Source: an uncultured Verrucomicrobiae bacterium (GTDB lineage: Bacteria > Verrucomicrobiota > Verrucomicrobiia > Chthoniobacterales > UBA10450). From it: a stretch of 64,000 nt of DNA. Made by a program: the position numbers and the translations under genes. The notes below the pieces were generated by a model, which was not told the DNA's origin, searched no databases, and saw only the letters and a list, made by a program, of their open reading frames with translations. Shown one piece after another: positions 38,900 through 47,920 of the stretch. The stretch is from NCBI GenBank assembly GCA_963772365.1, contig CAVYXA010000001.1:1472001-1536000 (forward strand), in the 5' to 3' direction. Positions within the stretch are counted from its first letter, which is position 1; the number at the start of each line of letters is the position of its first letter.

Positions 38900-40033
38900 A
38901 TGACCTATTGGCTTGATTTGTTTACCGGCCAGACATGGCAGGAATTTCGCGACCATGGCGCGACTGTGAGCGGATTCCGCAAACGAATGCACAAAGCTGT
39001 CGAGCGAATTAAGCCGGGAGACATTTTGCTCTGTTATTTGACTGGCGTGATGCGATGGGTAGGCGCGCTCGAAGTGTTAGGCCACAGCCGAGACAAGAGC
39101 GCTATTTGGCAATTCGATGAATTTCCTGAACGACTCAGCGTGAAGCCAATCGTGATGTTGTCGCCCGAGCACGGCGTGCCGATGGAAGAACTAGAAGCGA
39201 AGGTGGATTTTTATCGGTCACGCGCAGACCGACCGGGTTTCAATGGATTTCTGCGAATGAGCCCGAACCGGTTCAAACGCGCAGGCGACGGTGAGTTAAT
39301 ATTGGATTTGCTTAGAGCAGCCGAGAAGCAGCCGATCAATCGATCTGTCGATCCAAAGAAACTTGCGCGAAGACCATTCTACAAAGCCGAAGAGAAGCGT
39401 GGCAAGCGGAAAGTCACGATAGTTGTGAGTGTCCCGGAAGCAGATGAACAACAGTCTGACACGCCGGTTGCACCCGAAGCAGAACCGACTGGAACACGCC
39501 ACACCGAAATCCAGTACGCGCTGCTCACTCTAGGTCGGGATATGGGGTTTGATCTCTGGGTTGCACGGAATGATCGTTCTAAGGTTTGGAACGGATCCAA
39601 TCTCGGATCACTGGCTGGAATGGTTGGTCAATTGCCAACTCAATTTAACGAAGCGACTAATCGTACGATCGAACTAATCGACGTTCTCTGGTTGAAGGGA
39701 AATTCGATTGTTGCCGCGTTTGAAGTTGAATCGACAACTTCTGTTTATTCTGGTTTGTTGCGGATGAGCGATTTACTCGCGCTGCAACCAAACCTCTCAA
39801 TCGACTTGTTTCTAGTCGCGCCTGATGATCGCCGGGACAAGGTGGAAAGCGAACTAATGCGTCCGACATTCAAGCTCCGCGAAAAACCGCTTTCGTCGAT
39901 CTGCGGTTTCTTGGGATTCGATTCGCTGGTTGAGAAACTGAAAGCCATCCAGCAACTCGGGTTGGCTTCTTCGCTTAAGCCGGATTTTCTGGAAAAAACG
40001 GCCGAATACTTCGGGAATGAGGATGCAAATTGA
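38900..40033 (+). CDS. EVE-domain + PD-(D/E)xK-like nuclease (candidate modification-dependent restriction enzyme)
   Basis: N-terminal YWL...TWQEF...VERIKPGDILLCYLTG (EVE/PUA-like). C-terminal HTEIQ...IDVLWL...AFEVESTTSVYSGLLRMSDL (restriction-endonuclease fold). Confidence 0.72.
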   Translation: MTYWLDLFTGQTWQEFRDHGATVSGFRKRMHKAVERIKPGDILLCYLTGVMRWVGALEVLGHSRDKSAIWQFDEFPERLSVKPIVMLSPEHGVPMEELEAKVDFYRSRADRPGFNGFLRMSPNRFKRAGDGELILDLLRAAEKQPINRSVDPKKLARRPFYKAEEKRGKRKVTIVVSVPEADEQQSDTPVAPEAEPTGTRHTEIQYALLTLGRDMGFDLWVARNDRSKVWNGSNLGSLAGMVGQLPTQFNEATNRTIELIDVLWLKGNSIVAAFEVESTTSVYSGLLRMSDLLALQPNLSIDLFLVAPDDRRDKVESELMRPTFKLREKPLSSICGFLGFDSLVEKLKAIQQLGLASSLKPDFLEKTAEYFGNEDAN

Positions 40034-40046
40034 GGCGTGCGAATGA

Positions 40047-40670
40047 TTATTCGTAAGATGCCCGACCTAACTTTTGGGCGATCTCATCTGGTTCGATTCG
40101 TCCCAACGTCGGTCTTCGATGGCCGATGTACCGACTCTTATCAACTAGATCACTTTCGCCCTTTGTAGTGTGGAGAAATAGCTGACAGATTGTGAATCCG
40201 GGCCTGATCGCAATGGGAATTTCTCCCACGTTCGTTAGTTCAAGCGTTAGGCAGCCGGTGTACCCCGGATGAACTCCCGCTGCGGTGGCAATGATCAAGC
40301 CACGCCTGCCCCATGATGATTTCCCAATCACGTACGCTGCTAAATTTGTAGGCAGTCGTATCCATTCTAAGGTTGCCGCCAGCACAAAAGAGCGCGGATG
40401 GATGATGTATTCCCCACCGAAGGGTACGAAGTTCGTGCGCGTAAACTTTGCGTCGTTCCACGATCCAGTCTTCGTTGGATCGATTTCAAGCAGCGGCATC
40501 CGTCGTCGGTAGAGCGTGACAAACCATGAACCAAGCCGCAAATCAATCGACGCTGACCCGCTCGCGCTCAAAATTTTGAGATCTGGCTGCGGTCGAATTA
40601 ACAATCGTTCGGGCCTGCTTCCCTCAAGATCCGACAGCAATTTCGCTATTTCGTCAGCCTTTAAAATCAT
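40047..40670 (-). CDS. dcd: dCTP deaminase (trimeric dUTPase-fold Dcd family)
   Basis: MILKADEI...ASIDLRLG...FVLAATLEWIRLP...GKSSWGRRGL...HPGYTGCLTLELTN...ICQL...SRY. Catalytic S/R/E retained; it has its own ATG at 40670. Confidence 0.88.
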   Translation of the reverse strand: MILKADEIAKLLSDLEGSRPERLLIRPQPDLKILSASGSASIDLRLGSWFVTLYRRRMPLLEIDPTKTGSWNDAKFTRTNFVPFGGEYIIHPRSFVLAATLEWIRLPTNLAAYVIGKSSWGRRGLIIATAAGVHPGYTGCLTLELTNVGEIPIAIRPGFTICQLFLHTTKGESDLVDKSRYIGHRRPTLGRIEPDEIAQKLGRASYE

Positions 40671-41909
40671 GATGAAACGACGATCTCTTGGTACTCCAAA
40701 ACTTCGATGGATTTTAGAAGAAGCTCCTTGAGGTACAGTTGATCGTCGAGATTTGATCTGCGGTATATCTGACCACAGATTCTCATCGTGGAAGCCGCGC
40801 CAACCGGCATTTAGAATATTAGCCAAGCAGCCAGCATGTTGTGCGGGCGCGATTAGTTGGAAATCCGCGTAAATCTCATTATTCTTTTCCGTTGAAGGCA
40901 GCGTCAGTGCAGCATCGGTGACAATCTCATTTGCGAGTGTGATCAGCGTCTTAGTTTGATTCTGCGATGCATAATCCGCCAGAGAGAGCAGAAATTTCTT
41001 GTTGCGTTCGTATTCCGCGGGTTCACTGAAGTCTTCAAACAACCCGGCAAAACTCGGTCGCACCTTAACGCCGTACGCATCCGCAGCGGTATCCATGTTC
41101 CCAACACGCCGCTGCAGATTTGGGTAAATCACAGATCGCGTACCTCGCGGTCGCGGGGAAAGTAGATACGCAAATGCCTGACAGTATGATTCGCCAAAAA
41201 TTCGGACGCCTATCACATCGCAAAATGTCTCTTCCATTTGGCGGGTTGCCCAATCTGTGGCAGCCCACCACGTTTGCCGCACAATCAGATCTTCTGTGAC
41301 TGAAGCTTTATCTTGTACTTCCGGATGCAGCGTTTGAAATTCCTGCCACCGAGGTCCAGTGATTTGATTGACGATTTCATCCTCTATTGGTCGGCTAAAC
41401 CGGTTGTGCATAGTCCTGTCGGTCCAAATCGTATGGCCCAGCTCATGACCGGCTAGGGGAACAAGCAACGGATTCGATGATTCGTGAGCTGGCAGCCCGA
41501 TCAGTACAAAATTGGGCAGATGGGTTATTCGTGCGTAAGTGAAAGGACTGTACTCCCACTCGGATGACAAAAGCAGCTTGGCATCTTTCCCCAGAATTTT
41601 CTGGCAAATTCTTAGAATAGGGCGGTAGATTTCAAACGCGTTCCGCACATTCGTTGAACGCAAAATGAAACCGAGGATCGGAAGGTAATCGAACAATCCG
41701 GCGACCTCGGCCATCGACGCGGCACGCATTGTGTCAGGGTCGCTTTCGTCATCAAGATTTGCTAAAATCTCGAGAAAACCGCGGAATCTTCCTTCGATTA
41801 AGTCGAGCGCCCGCTTGGAATCCAGATAAGGAAAGTCTGAAGCTTGGAGCTTCGTTATCTCATCTAGAAACGCTGTGACGCGTCCTTTAGAAAACTCGAG
41901 CGATACCAC
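40667..41909 (-). CDS. Uncharacterised HExxH (gluzincin-like) metalloprotein; frameshift near 40740 fuses it in silico to dcd
   Basis: PLAGHELGHTIW...MEETFCDVIG...YP..RR. The alternative frame gives a natural end LYLKELLLKSIEVLEYQEIVVSS* whose TGA overlaps the dcd ATG (ATGA). Confidence 0.72.
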
Positions 41910-42352
41910 TACCGCCGAAAAGTATGTGTGGGTTCAAGGTCCTGCAATGATTGTCGGTACGCAGTAGCATATTTTGACAGCGCGACGCAAAAATTCCGGA
42001 TTTTTTCTACCTGCTCGGCTTGGGCGTCTTCGGCCAATTTGGTCATGGCATCGGCAATGTCCCCTGCTCCAGTAATTAGTTCGTTGGTTGTCTTGACCGG
42101 GCCTGCCCACTCAGTGGTATCGAGTGCTGGCCCCACAATCGCAAATGTGCTGGAATCAAGCACGGCACGTTTTCCATTCGCAATAGAGCCCTCAAGAGAA
42201 ACTCTCAGCCGATTTCCAATCTCATTCACCGTCGATAAGCCGATACGCCTGCCGCGACGCAGACTGTCAAGCTCGATCGCCGCTTGCGCGGCGAGCATCG
42301 GAAGATCGGGATCATACAAGCGCAAGGATGTGGGAGCACTGAACGGAGACAT
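41909..42352 (-). CDS. Uncharacterised 147-aa helical protein, first gene of the dcd operon
   Basis: RBS AGAAAGGTG before ATG 42352; its TAG overlaps the next gene's GTG. Motifs AAQAAIELD, IRNFCVALS. Confidence 0.7.
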   Translation of the reverse strand: MSPFSAPTSLRLYDPDLPMLAAQAAIELDSLRRGRRIGLSTVNEIGNRLRVSLEGSIANGKRAVLDSSTFAIVGPALDTTEWAGPVKTTNELITGAGDIADAMTKLAEDAQAEQVEKIRNFCVALSKYATAYRQSLQDLEPTHTFRR

Positions 42353-42466
42353 ATTTTTCACCTTTCTGATTTCGACACCGACAAAGAGATTTCGTGCCGG
42401 TGAGACCATTTGGATCCCATGCTATTTTCGCCGGTTGATACCGTGCAAGCATTAAGATGAGTAAAT

Positions 42467-42495
42467 ATTACAAGGGCTTGTTCTCCACTTGTCAA
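42467..42495 (-). promoter_or_regulatory. Sigma-70 promoter of the three-gene dcd operon
   Basis: Minus strand TTGACA-N17-TGTAAT. Confidence 0.7.
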
Positions 42496-42503
42496 CAGCT
42501 TAT

Positions 42504-42550
42504 TCACTATATCTAGTACCCTCTTGAGCTGCACCCCCACTATTTAGTGA
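42504..42550. promoter_or_regulatory. Tandem NrdR-like boxes
   Basis: tcaCtAtATcTaGtac (42504-42519) and cccCactATtTaGtga (42535-42550), 31 bp apart, versus consensus acaCwAtATaTwGtg. Confidence 0.65.
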
Positions 42551-42695
42551 CTCGACGGCGAGAGGATGAGGCGCTCTGCCGATATGCAACCAGCGCGGAT
42601 TGTGCCAATGCGCTGCAATTTCTCCAACACGGCCTCGCGTCGATAGATTTCCCGCAGGGGGAGGTTCTGTTTTTCGCGTAAAGGATTCTAACGAA

Positions 42696-42748
42696 TCATC
42701 CACATCCCTGGCTCGTGCCGCATTCGGTGCAGACGCCGGCGCGGATCA
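42696..42748 (-). pseudogene. Displaced duplicate of the nrdJ 3' end
   Basis: IRAGVCTECGTSQGCG* versus nrdJ IRAGACGVCTECGTSQGCG*. 15-bp direct repeat at 42734-42748 and 42855-42869. Confidence 0.85.
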
Positions 42749-42807
42749 TCCGGTGGCGGCCGGACTGCCGCACATCATTGCCGAAGATCAAATCGCGTTT
42801 CATCAAA

Positions 42808-45800
42808 TTAACCACATCCTTGACTGGTACCGCACTCCGTACATACACCGCAGGCGCCGGCGCGGATCACTTTGTTGCTTCCGCACACGGAGCAGGTGAT
42901 GTCCATGAACATGTTGCCGAGCGCTTCTTTGACGCGCTCAGCGTGGCTGTGACCGTTTCCGGCCACGGCGGGCGCGCCTTCGTTAGGGGAGTGGCCGGTG
43001 ATGACGTCGATTAGTTCTTTTTCGCCGGTGCGCGGAAGATCGACAACGGGCCGGTTGACCGCTTTCTTCTCAATTTCGGCAATCTCTTTCATCGGGAGCT
43101 CGGGCTGGCCGCGATTGGGTGAGGTCGCTTCTTTGTAGCCTTTGATGAACTGGCAACCGAGCCAGCGAAACACGTAATCGGTGATGCTGGTCGCGCTGCG
43201 GATATCGGGGTTCTTGGTGAACCCGCTCGGCTCGAATCGCTGATAGGCGAATTTTCTGACCAGGCTCTCGAGCGGCACGCCGTATTGCAATGACATGGAG
43301 GTGAGCGTGCCTATCGTATCCATGAGTCCGCCGATGGTGCTCCCTTCCTTCGACATCTGAATGAAAAGTTCGCCCGGTTGGCCGTTCTCGTACAGGCCGA
43401 CGGTGATATAGCCTTCGTGTCCGGCGATCTCAAACTTGTGCGTGAGCGACATCCGGGTGTCGGTCATGCGATGGCGCACAGGTTGGTCGGCCTGGATACG
43501 TAACATCGACAATTCCTGTTCCAGCTCGAGGATGCGTTCCTGGAGATCGTCGGAGCCGGCATCTGATCCGCTGAGGACAGCGGACGCTACAGTATCGTCG
43601 GTTGCGCCCATGTGTTTAGTCTTGCGCGTGTTTAACGGGGCGGATCGCTTCGAGTTTTCGCGATAAATGGCGATCGATTTCAGCCCGAGCCGCCAGCCTT
43701 CGATGTAAGCATTCATGATTTCATCGGCGGTTGCCGATTCGGGCAGGTTTACCGTTTTGGAAATCGCGCCGCTGAGGAACGGTTGGGCGGCGGCCATCAT
43801 GTGGAGATGCGCATTGTAATGCAGTGAACGCTGCCCTTTGAACGGCTTGAATGCGCAATCGAAGATGGGGAGATGCTCAGGTTTCAACCCGGACGAAATT
43901 GTCGATCCATCGGTGTCGGTCACATCTTCGATGGTGTCGAATGCGTCGATGTGGGCGATGATTCGTTCGACCTCTTCGGAGTTGTAGCCGAGTTTTTCCA
44001 GCGCTGGTTTCACGGTTTGATTGACAATTTTCAACATACCGCCGCCGGCGAGTAGTTTGTATTTCACCAGCGCAATGTCCGGCTCGATTCCGGTGGTGTC
44101 GCAATCCATCAGAAAACTGATCGTGCCCGTAGGTGCGAGCACGGTAACCTGCGCGTTGCGATAACCGTGTCGTTTACCCAGCTCGGCTACTTTTTTCCAA
44201 GTCTTGCGCGCTTCCTGTTTTAAATAGAGAAACTCGTCCGTGTCCGGGATTTCGCTCACGGCGCACCGGTGGAGATCGATCACATCGAGCATCGGCGCGA
44301 CATTGCTTTTCGCGACCGGTTTCGGCACACCGGCGCATTTGGCGTCCTTGTAACCGGGGAAGGGTCCCATGGTCCGCGCCATGCGGGCGCTTTGCTCGTA
44401 GGCTTCACCGGTCATGATCGATGTGACGGCGCCGCAGAGCGCCCGGCCTTCGATGCTGTCGTAGCCGTAGCCGTAGCTCATGATTAGCGAGCCGAGGTTC
44501 GCGTAACCAAGCCCGAGCGTGCGGAAAATGTGCGAGTTTTCGGCGATCTCTTTGATCGGATAACTGGCGTTATCGACGATGATCTCCTGCGCGGTGATGA
44601 ACACGCGCACCGCCGACTTGAACCGTTCGATATCGAATTCGCCGTCGGCGCCCTTGAATTTGATTAAATTGAGCGAAGCGAGATTGCACGCGGTGTTATC
44701 GAGAAACAGATATTCCGAGCACGGATTTGTTGAGTTCTGTCGATCCGTTCCTTTGCAGGTGTGCCATTTGTGGATCGTGGTATCGAACTGCATCCCGGGG
44801 TCGCCGCACACCCATGTGCCTTCCGCGACTTTGCGCAGCAGTGCCCGCGCGTCTTTCTTTTCGCACGGTTTACCGTCCAGCACGCGGCGAGTCCACCATT
44901 CGCGGCCTTCCACGGCGGCTTCCATGAATTCATCGCTGACGCGCACGCTCAGGTTTTCATTTTGATACATCACCGAGCCGTAGGCGTCGCCGTTGTAACT
45001 GCCGTCGTAGCCCTGCTCGATCAACGCCCACGCCTTTTTCTCTTCTTTTTGTTTGGCGTCGATGAACTCCTCGATGTCGGGATGCCAATCTTTCAGCGTG
45101 TTCATTTTGGCCGCACGCCGCGTTTTGCCGCCGCTTTTCACAACGTTCGCGACCTGATCGTAGACTTTCAGGAAGGATAGCGGCCCGCTCGGTTTACCGC
45201 CGCCGCTCAATTTTTCCCTTGTCGATCTTAACGTGGAAAGATCGGAGCCAGTGCCACTGCCATATTTGAACAGCATCGCCTCGCTCGTGGCCAGCCGCAT
45301 GATGTCTTCCATCGTGTCGTGCACGCTCTGAATGAAACAGGCGCTGCCCTGCGGGTATTCGTATTGCGTAGGCGCGCGCTCGGCTACACCACTCTGACGA
45401 TTGTAAAAATAGTTGCCTGCTCCTGCATTCTTGCCCACGCCATATTGATGATAGAGCCCGACATTAAACCAGACCGGCGAATTGAACGCGCCATGCTGAT
45501 TCAAACAGAGCCAGGTCAATTCGTCGTAGAAAATTTCCGCCGATTCAGCGTCGGCAAAATAATCATCCGCGATTCCCCAATCAGTAATCGTGCGCGTCAC
45601 TCGATGAATCAATTGCCGCACCGAACTCTCGCGACCGCCTTTGCTCGGATCGAGACCCTGCGCGATGTCGCCATAGAAATATTTCGAGACCGCAATCTTC
45701 GTGGCCAGCGCGCTCCAACTTTTTGGAACCTCGATGTCTTCCTGTTTGAAGATGATTTTGCCGCCATCGTCCGCGATTTCAGCAGTCCGGCGTTCCCATT

Positions 45801-45957
45801 CAATTTGATCGAATGGTTTCACCGTTGGACTACTGAAAACGCGTTCGAAACACAGGCCGGCAGTTTTCTTTTTGGACGCACGCGAACGGCGAAGATCCGC
45901 CGATTTAGCTTCTTTCCTGAGTGAGGCTGGCGTGAGACCGGGCTTGAGTTGGATCAT
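42808..45957 (-). CDS. nrdJ: Vitamin B12-dependent (class II) ribonucleotide reductase
   Basis: FNSPVWFNVG, PQGSACFI, KSGGKTRRAAKM, STNPCSEY, APTGTISFLMDCDTTGIEPD, SGAISKTVNLP, TSCPD-like domain and C-terminal zinc ribbon. Start MIQLKPG at 45957. Confidence 0.96.
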   Translation of the reverse strand: MIQLKPGLTPASLRKEAKSADLRRSRASKKKTAGLCFERVFSSPTVKPFDQIEWERRTAEIADDGGKIIFKQEDIEVPKSWSALATKIAVSKYFYGDIAQGLDPSKGGRESSVRQLIHRVTRTITDWGIADDYFADAESAEIFYDELTWLCLNQHGAFNSPVWFNVGLYHQYGVGKNAGAGNYFYNRQSGVAERAPTQYEYPQGSACFIQSVHDTMEDIMRLATSEAMLFKYGSGTGSDLSTLRSTREKLSGGGKPSGPLSFLKVYDQVANVVKSGGKTRRAAKMNTLKDWHPDIEEFIDAKQKEEKKAWALIEQGYDGSYNGDAYGSVMYQNENLSVRVSDEFMEAAVEGREWWTRRVLDGKPCEKKDARALLRKVAEGTWVCGDPGMQFDTTIHKWHTCKGTDRQNSTNPCSEYLFLDNTACNLASLNLIKFKGADGEFDIERFKSAVRVFITAQEIIVDNASYPIKEIAENSHIFRTLGLGYANLGSLIMSYGYGYDSIEGRALCGAVTSIMTGEAYEQSARMARTMGPFPGYKDAKCAGVPKPVAKSNVAPMLDVIDLHRCAVSEIPDTDEFLYLKQEARKTWKKVAELGKRHGYRNAQVTVLAPTGTISFLMDCDTTGIEPDIALVKYKLLAGGGMLKIVNQTVKPALEKLGYNSEEVERIIAHIDAFDTIEDVTDTDGSTISSGLKPEHLPIFDCAFKPFKGQRSLHYNAHLHMMAAAQPFLSGAISKTVNLPESATADEIMNAYIEGWRLGLKSIAIYRENSKRSAPLNTRKTKHMGATDDTVASAVLSGSDAGSDDLQERILELEQELSMLRIQADQPVRHRMTDTRMSLTHKFEIAGHEGYITVGLYENGQPGELFIQMSKEGSTIGGLMDTIGTLTSMSLQYGVPLESLVRKFAYQRFEPSGFTKNPDIRSATSITDYVFRWLGCQFIKGYKEATSPNRGQPELPMKEIAEIEKKAVNRPVVDLPRTGEKELIDVITGHSPNEGAPAVAGNGHSHAERVKEALGNMFMDITCSVCGSNKVIRAGACGVCTECGTSQGCG

Positions 45958-46037
45958 GGCGTTAGGAGGGTTGAGGTTGGGAATTCCAGTTAATACCGGT
46001 GAACAGCCAAGGCCAATAACCTGTGAACCGTAGTGAA

Positions 46038-46085
46038 CAACAAGTAATAGCGCAGCTGTCCGGGCGGATGCACAATATGCAGTGC
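46038..46085. promoter_or_regulatory. NrdR boxes upstream of nrdJ
   Basis: gcaCaAtATgcaGtgc (46070-46085) and a weaker caaCaAgtaaTaGcgc 32 bp away. Confidence 0.6.
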
Positions 46086-46203
46086 CGCAGCCGGTCAAGG
46101 CAAGACAAAATTTGTGACATTTTTCGGAGCCTGAGCTTTACCCGGTAAAATCGGCGAGAAGTTCTCGAAAACGTGGGCCGGAGACCCTTCGACTATGCGC
46201 GCG

Positions 46204-46843
46204 TTAGGGCCAGGGACGCAACCCCGGGCCGCGCGGATAAAGTGGCGCTTGACGGTACGAACCGAACCATGGCGAGCGGCTTTGTATTCTTTGGTACCTC
46301 GAACCGCTTCCTCGCGGCGTGCGCCCGAACACGTTGACCGGTGTGCCGATGTCGACCGCATTGAAAAATGCAATCGCCATTTCTCTCGGGATCCGAACAC
46401 AACCGTGTGAAGCGGGATATCCGGGCAAATAGCCGGCGTGCAATCCATCAGCGCCGTTGAACCGCATGGAATAAGGCATCGGCGCCGGAACAAATCTGCA
46501 TCCGTGCGGCACTTTTCATATCGATATCCACATCAGCCACGACCGTGTTGCCTCGAGCATCGATAATCTTGCCGTAAACGCTGGAGTAATGCGCTCGCTC
46601 TTTCTCGATAACTTTGAATGCGCCGGTCCCGGTAAGATGACCGTAGCGCCCACTCGAGATGGGCGACTGCAAAACGGCGTGCCGGCCACGAAGCAGATAC
46701 GCCACCTGCTCCTCTAAATCGATTTCGATGCGATACGGAGTCGGATTTTCGGCAAGAGCAGACATTCCCACCAGCAACAGGATCGACAGTAAACACCAGA
46801 ACCTCACAGGAAGTTCAACACCAAAAAATGAAAGAAGTCTCAA
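46204..46843 (-). CDS. L,D-transpeptidase (YkuD family); frameshift near 46515
   Basis: [18 protein letters not shown]...TGAFKVIEK, then APMPYSMRF...[19 protein letters not shown]. Confidence 0.85.
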
Positions 46844-47643
46844 ACTGCGATTGGCGCTTTGATTGATGGATGTGGATCGTAACCGAGCAACTCGAAATCT
46901 TCGAAATCGAATTCGTGAATATTCTTGATCGCGGGATTAATTTTCATTCGCGGTAAAGATCGACAATCGCGCGTCAACTGTTCGCGGGCCTGATCGAGAT
47001 GATTTTGATAAAGATGAAGATCGCCAAAAGTGTGGACAAAATCGCCGGGCATAAGATCGACAACCTGTGCGACCATCATCGTCAGTAATGCATAGGAAGC
47101 GATGTTGAACGGCACGCCGAGGAAAAGATCTGCGCTCCGCTGATATAGCTGGCAGCTAAGTTCGCCATCCTGCACGTAGAATTGGAATAGGACATGACAC
47201 GGCGGCAAAGCCATCGTCTCGATTTCGGATGGATTCCATGCGCTCACGATCAAGCGGCGGCTATACGGGTTTGATTTGATGTGATCGATCAGGTTGCCAA
47301 TCTGATCGATTCGTTTCCCGTCAGCTCCGCGCCAATCGCGCCATTGCGCTCCATAAACGCGGCCGAGATTGCCATTCTCATCGGCCCATTCATCCCAGAT
47401 TGTGACTTTATGCTCATTCAGGTAACGAATGTTCGTGTCGCCCCGCAGAAACCAGAGCAGCTCGTAAATGATCGATTTAATGTGGAGTTTCTTCGTGGTC
47501 AGGAGCGGGAAACCTGGTCCGTTCGAGCGTAAATCGAAGCGGGCCTGGGCGCCGAAGATCGACAATGTGCCGGTTCCGGTGCGATCGGCGCGCGGTTGAC
47601 CGTGATCGAGAACAAGCCGCAATAGATCGTGATATTGGCGCAC
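46840..47643 (-). CDS. thyA: Thymidylate synthase
   Basis: [47 protein letters not shown]. Confidence 0.98.
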   Translation of the reverse strand: MRQYHDLLRLVLDHGQPRADRTGTGTLSIFGAQARFDLRSNGPGFPLLTTKKLHIKSIIYELLWFLRGDTNIRYLNEHKVTIWDEWADENGNLGRVYGAQWRDWRGADGKRIDQIGNLIDHIKSNPYSRRLIVSAWNPSEIETMALPPCHVLFQFYVQDGELSCQLYQRSADLFLGVPFNIASYALLTMMVAQVVDLMPGDFVHTFGDLHLYQNHLDQAREQLTRDCRSLPRMKINPAIKNIHEFDFEDFELLGYDPHPSIKAPIAV

Positions 47644-47920
47644 AAGAAACAGTAACTAATAGCTGGCAGATTAGGAAATCGAAATCGGCAGGAGTCGTGC
47701 ATCAAATCGTCACAACCTGCGCCTTCGACCCGGGACCGCGAGCAGTCGATACGGTCCATTGCGCAAATCAAATGCAGCCATTTCTCATCCGTTACGTTTT
47801 CCTTGGACGCAGTGATACCACTAAGGCGTGGCTCCATTGATGTGGGTGAAGGTATCGATTCAGCAGCGACGATTCCGCACAGAACACGCGCCAAAGTAAT
47901 CGATTTGCGATTGCAGATAA

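Noticed and set aside
40047..40670. Known AvcD-type anti-phage dCTP deaminase
   Set aside because: It has no P-loop kinase or HAE/PCxxC zinc motif; this is the dUTPase-fold Dcd family.
40047..41909. Natural 620-aa metalloprotease-dCTP deaminase fusion
   Set aside because: The alternative frame gives a proper C-terminus with ATGA coupling, so it is treated as two genes pending a read check.
38750..42870. Island bounded by the nrdJ direct repeats
   Set aside because: Both repeat copies lie on the same side of the island, about 120 bp apart. I found no matching left-hand att and no integrase.
45958..46200. Cobalamin riboswitch upstream of nrdJ
   Set aside because: No B12-box recognised; NrdR boxes explain the region.
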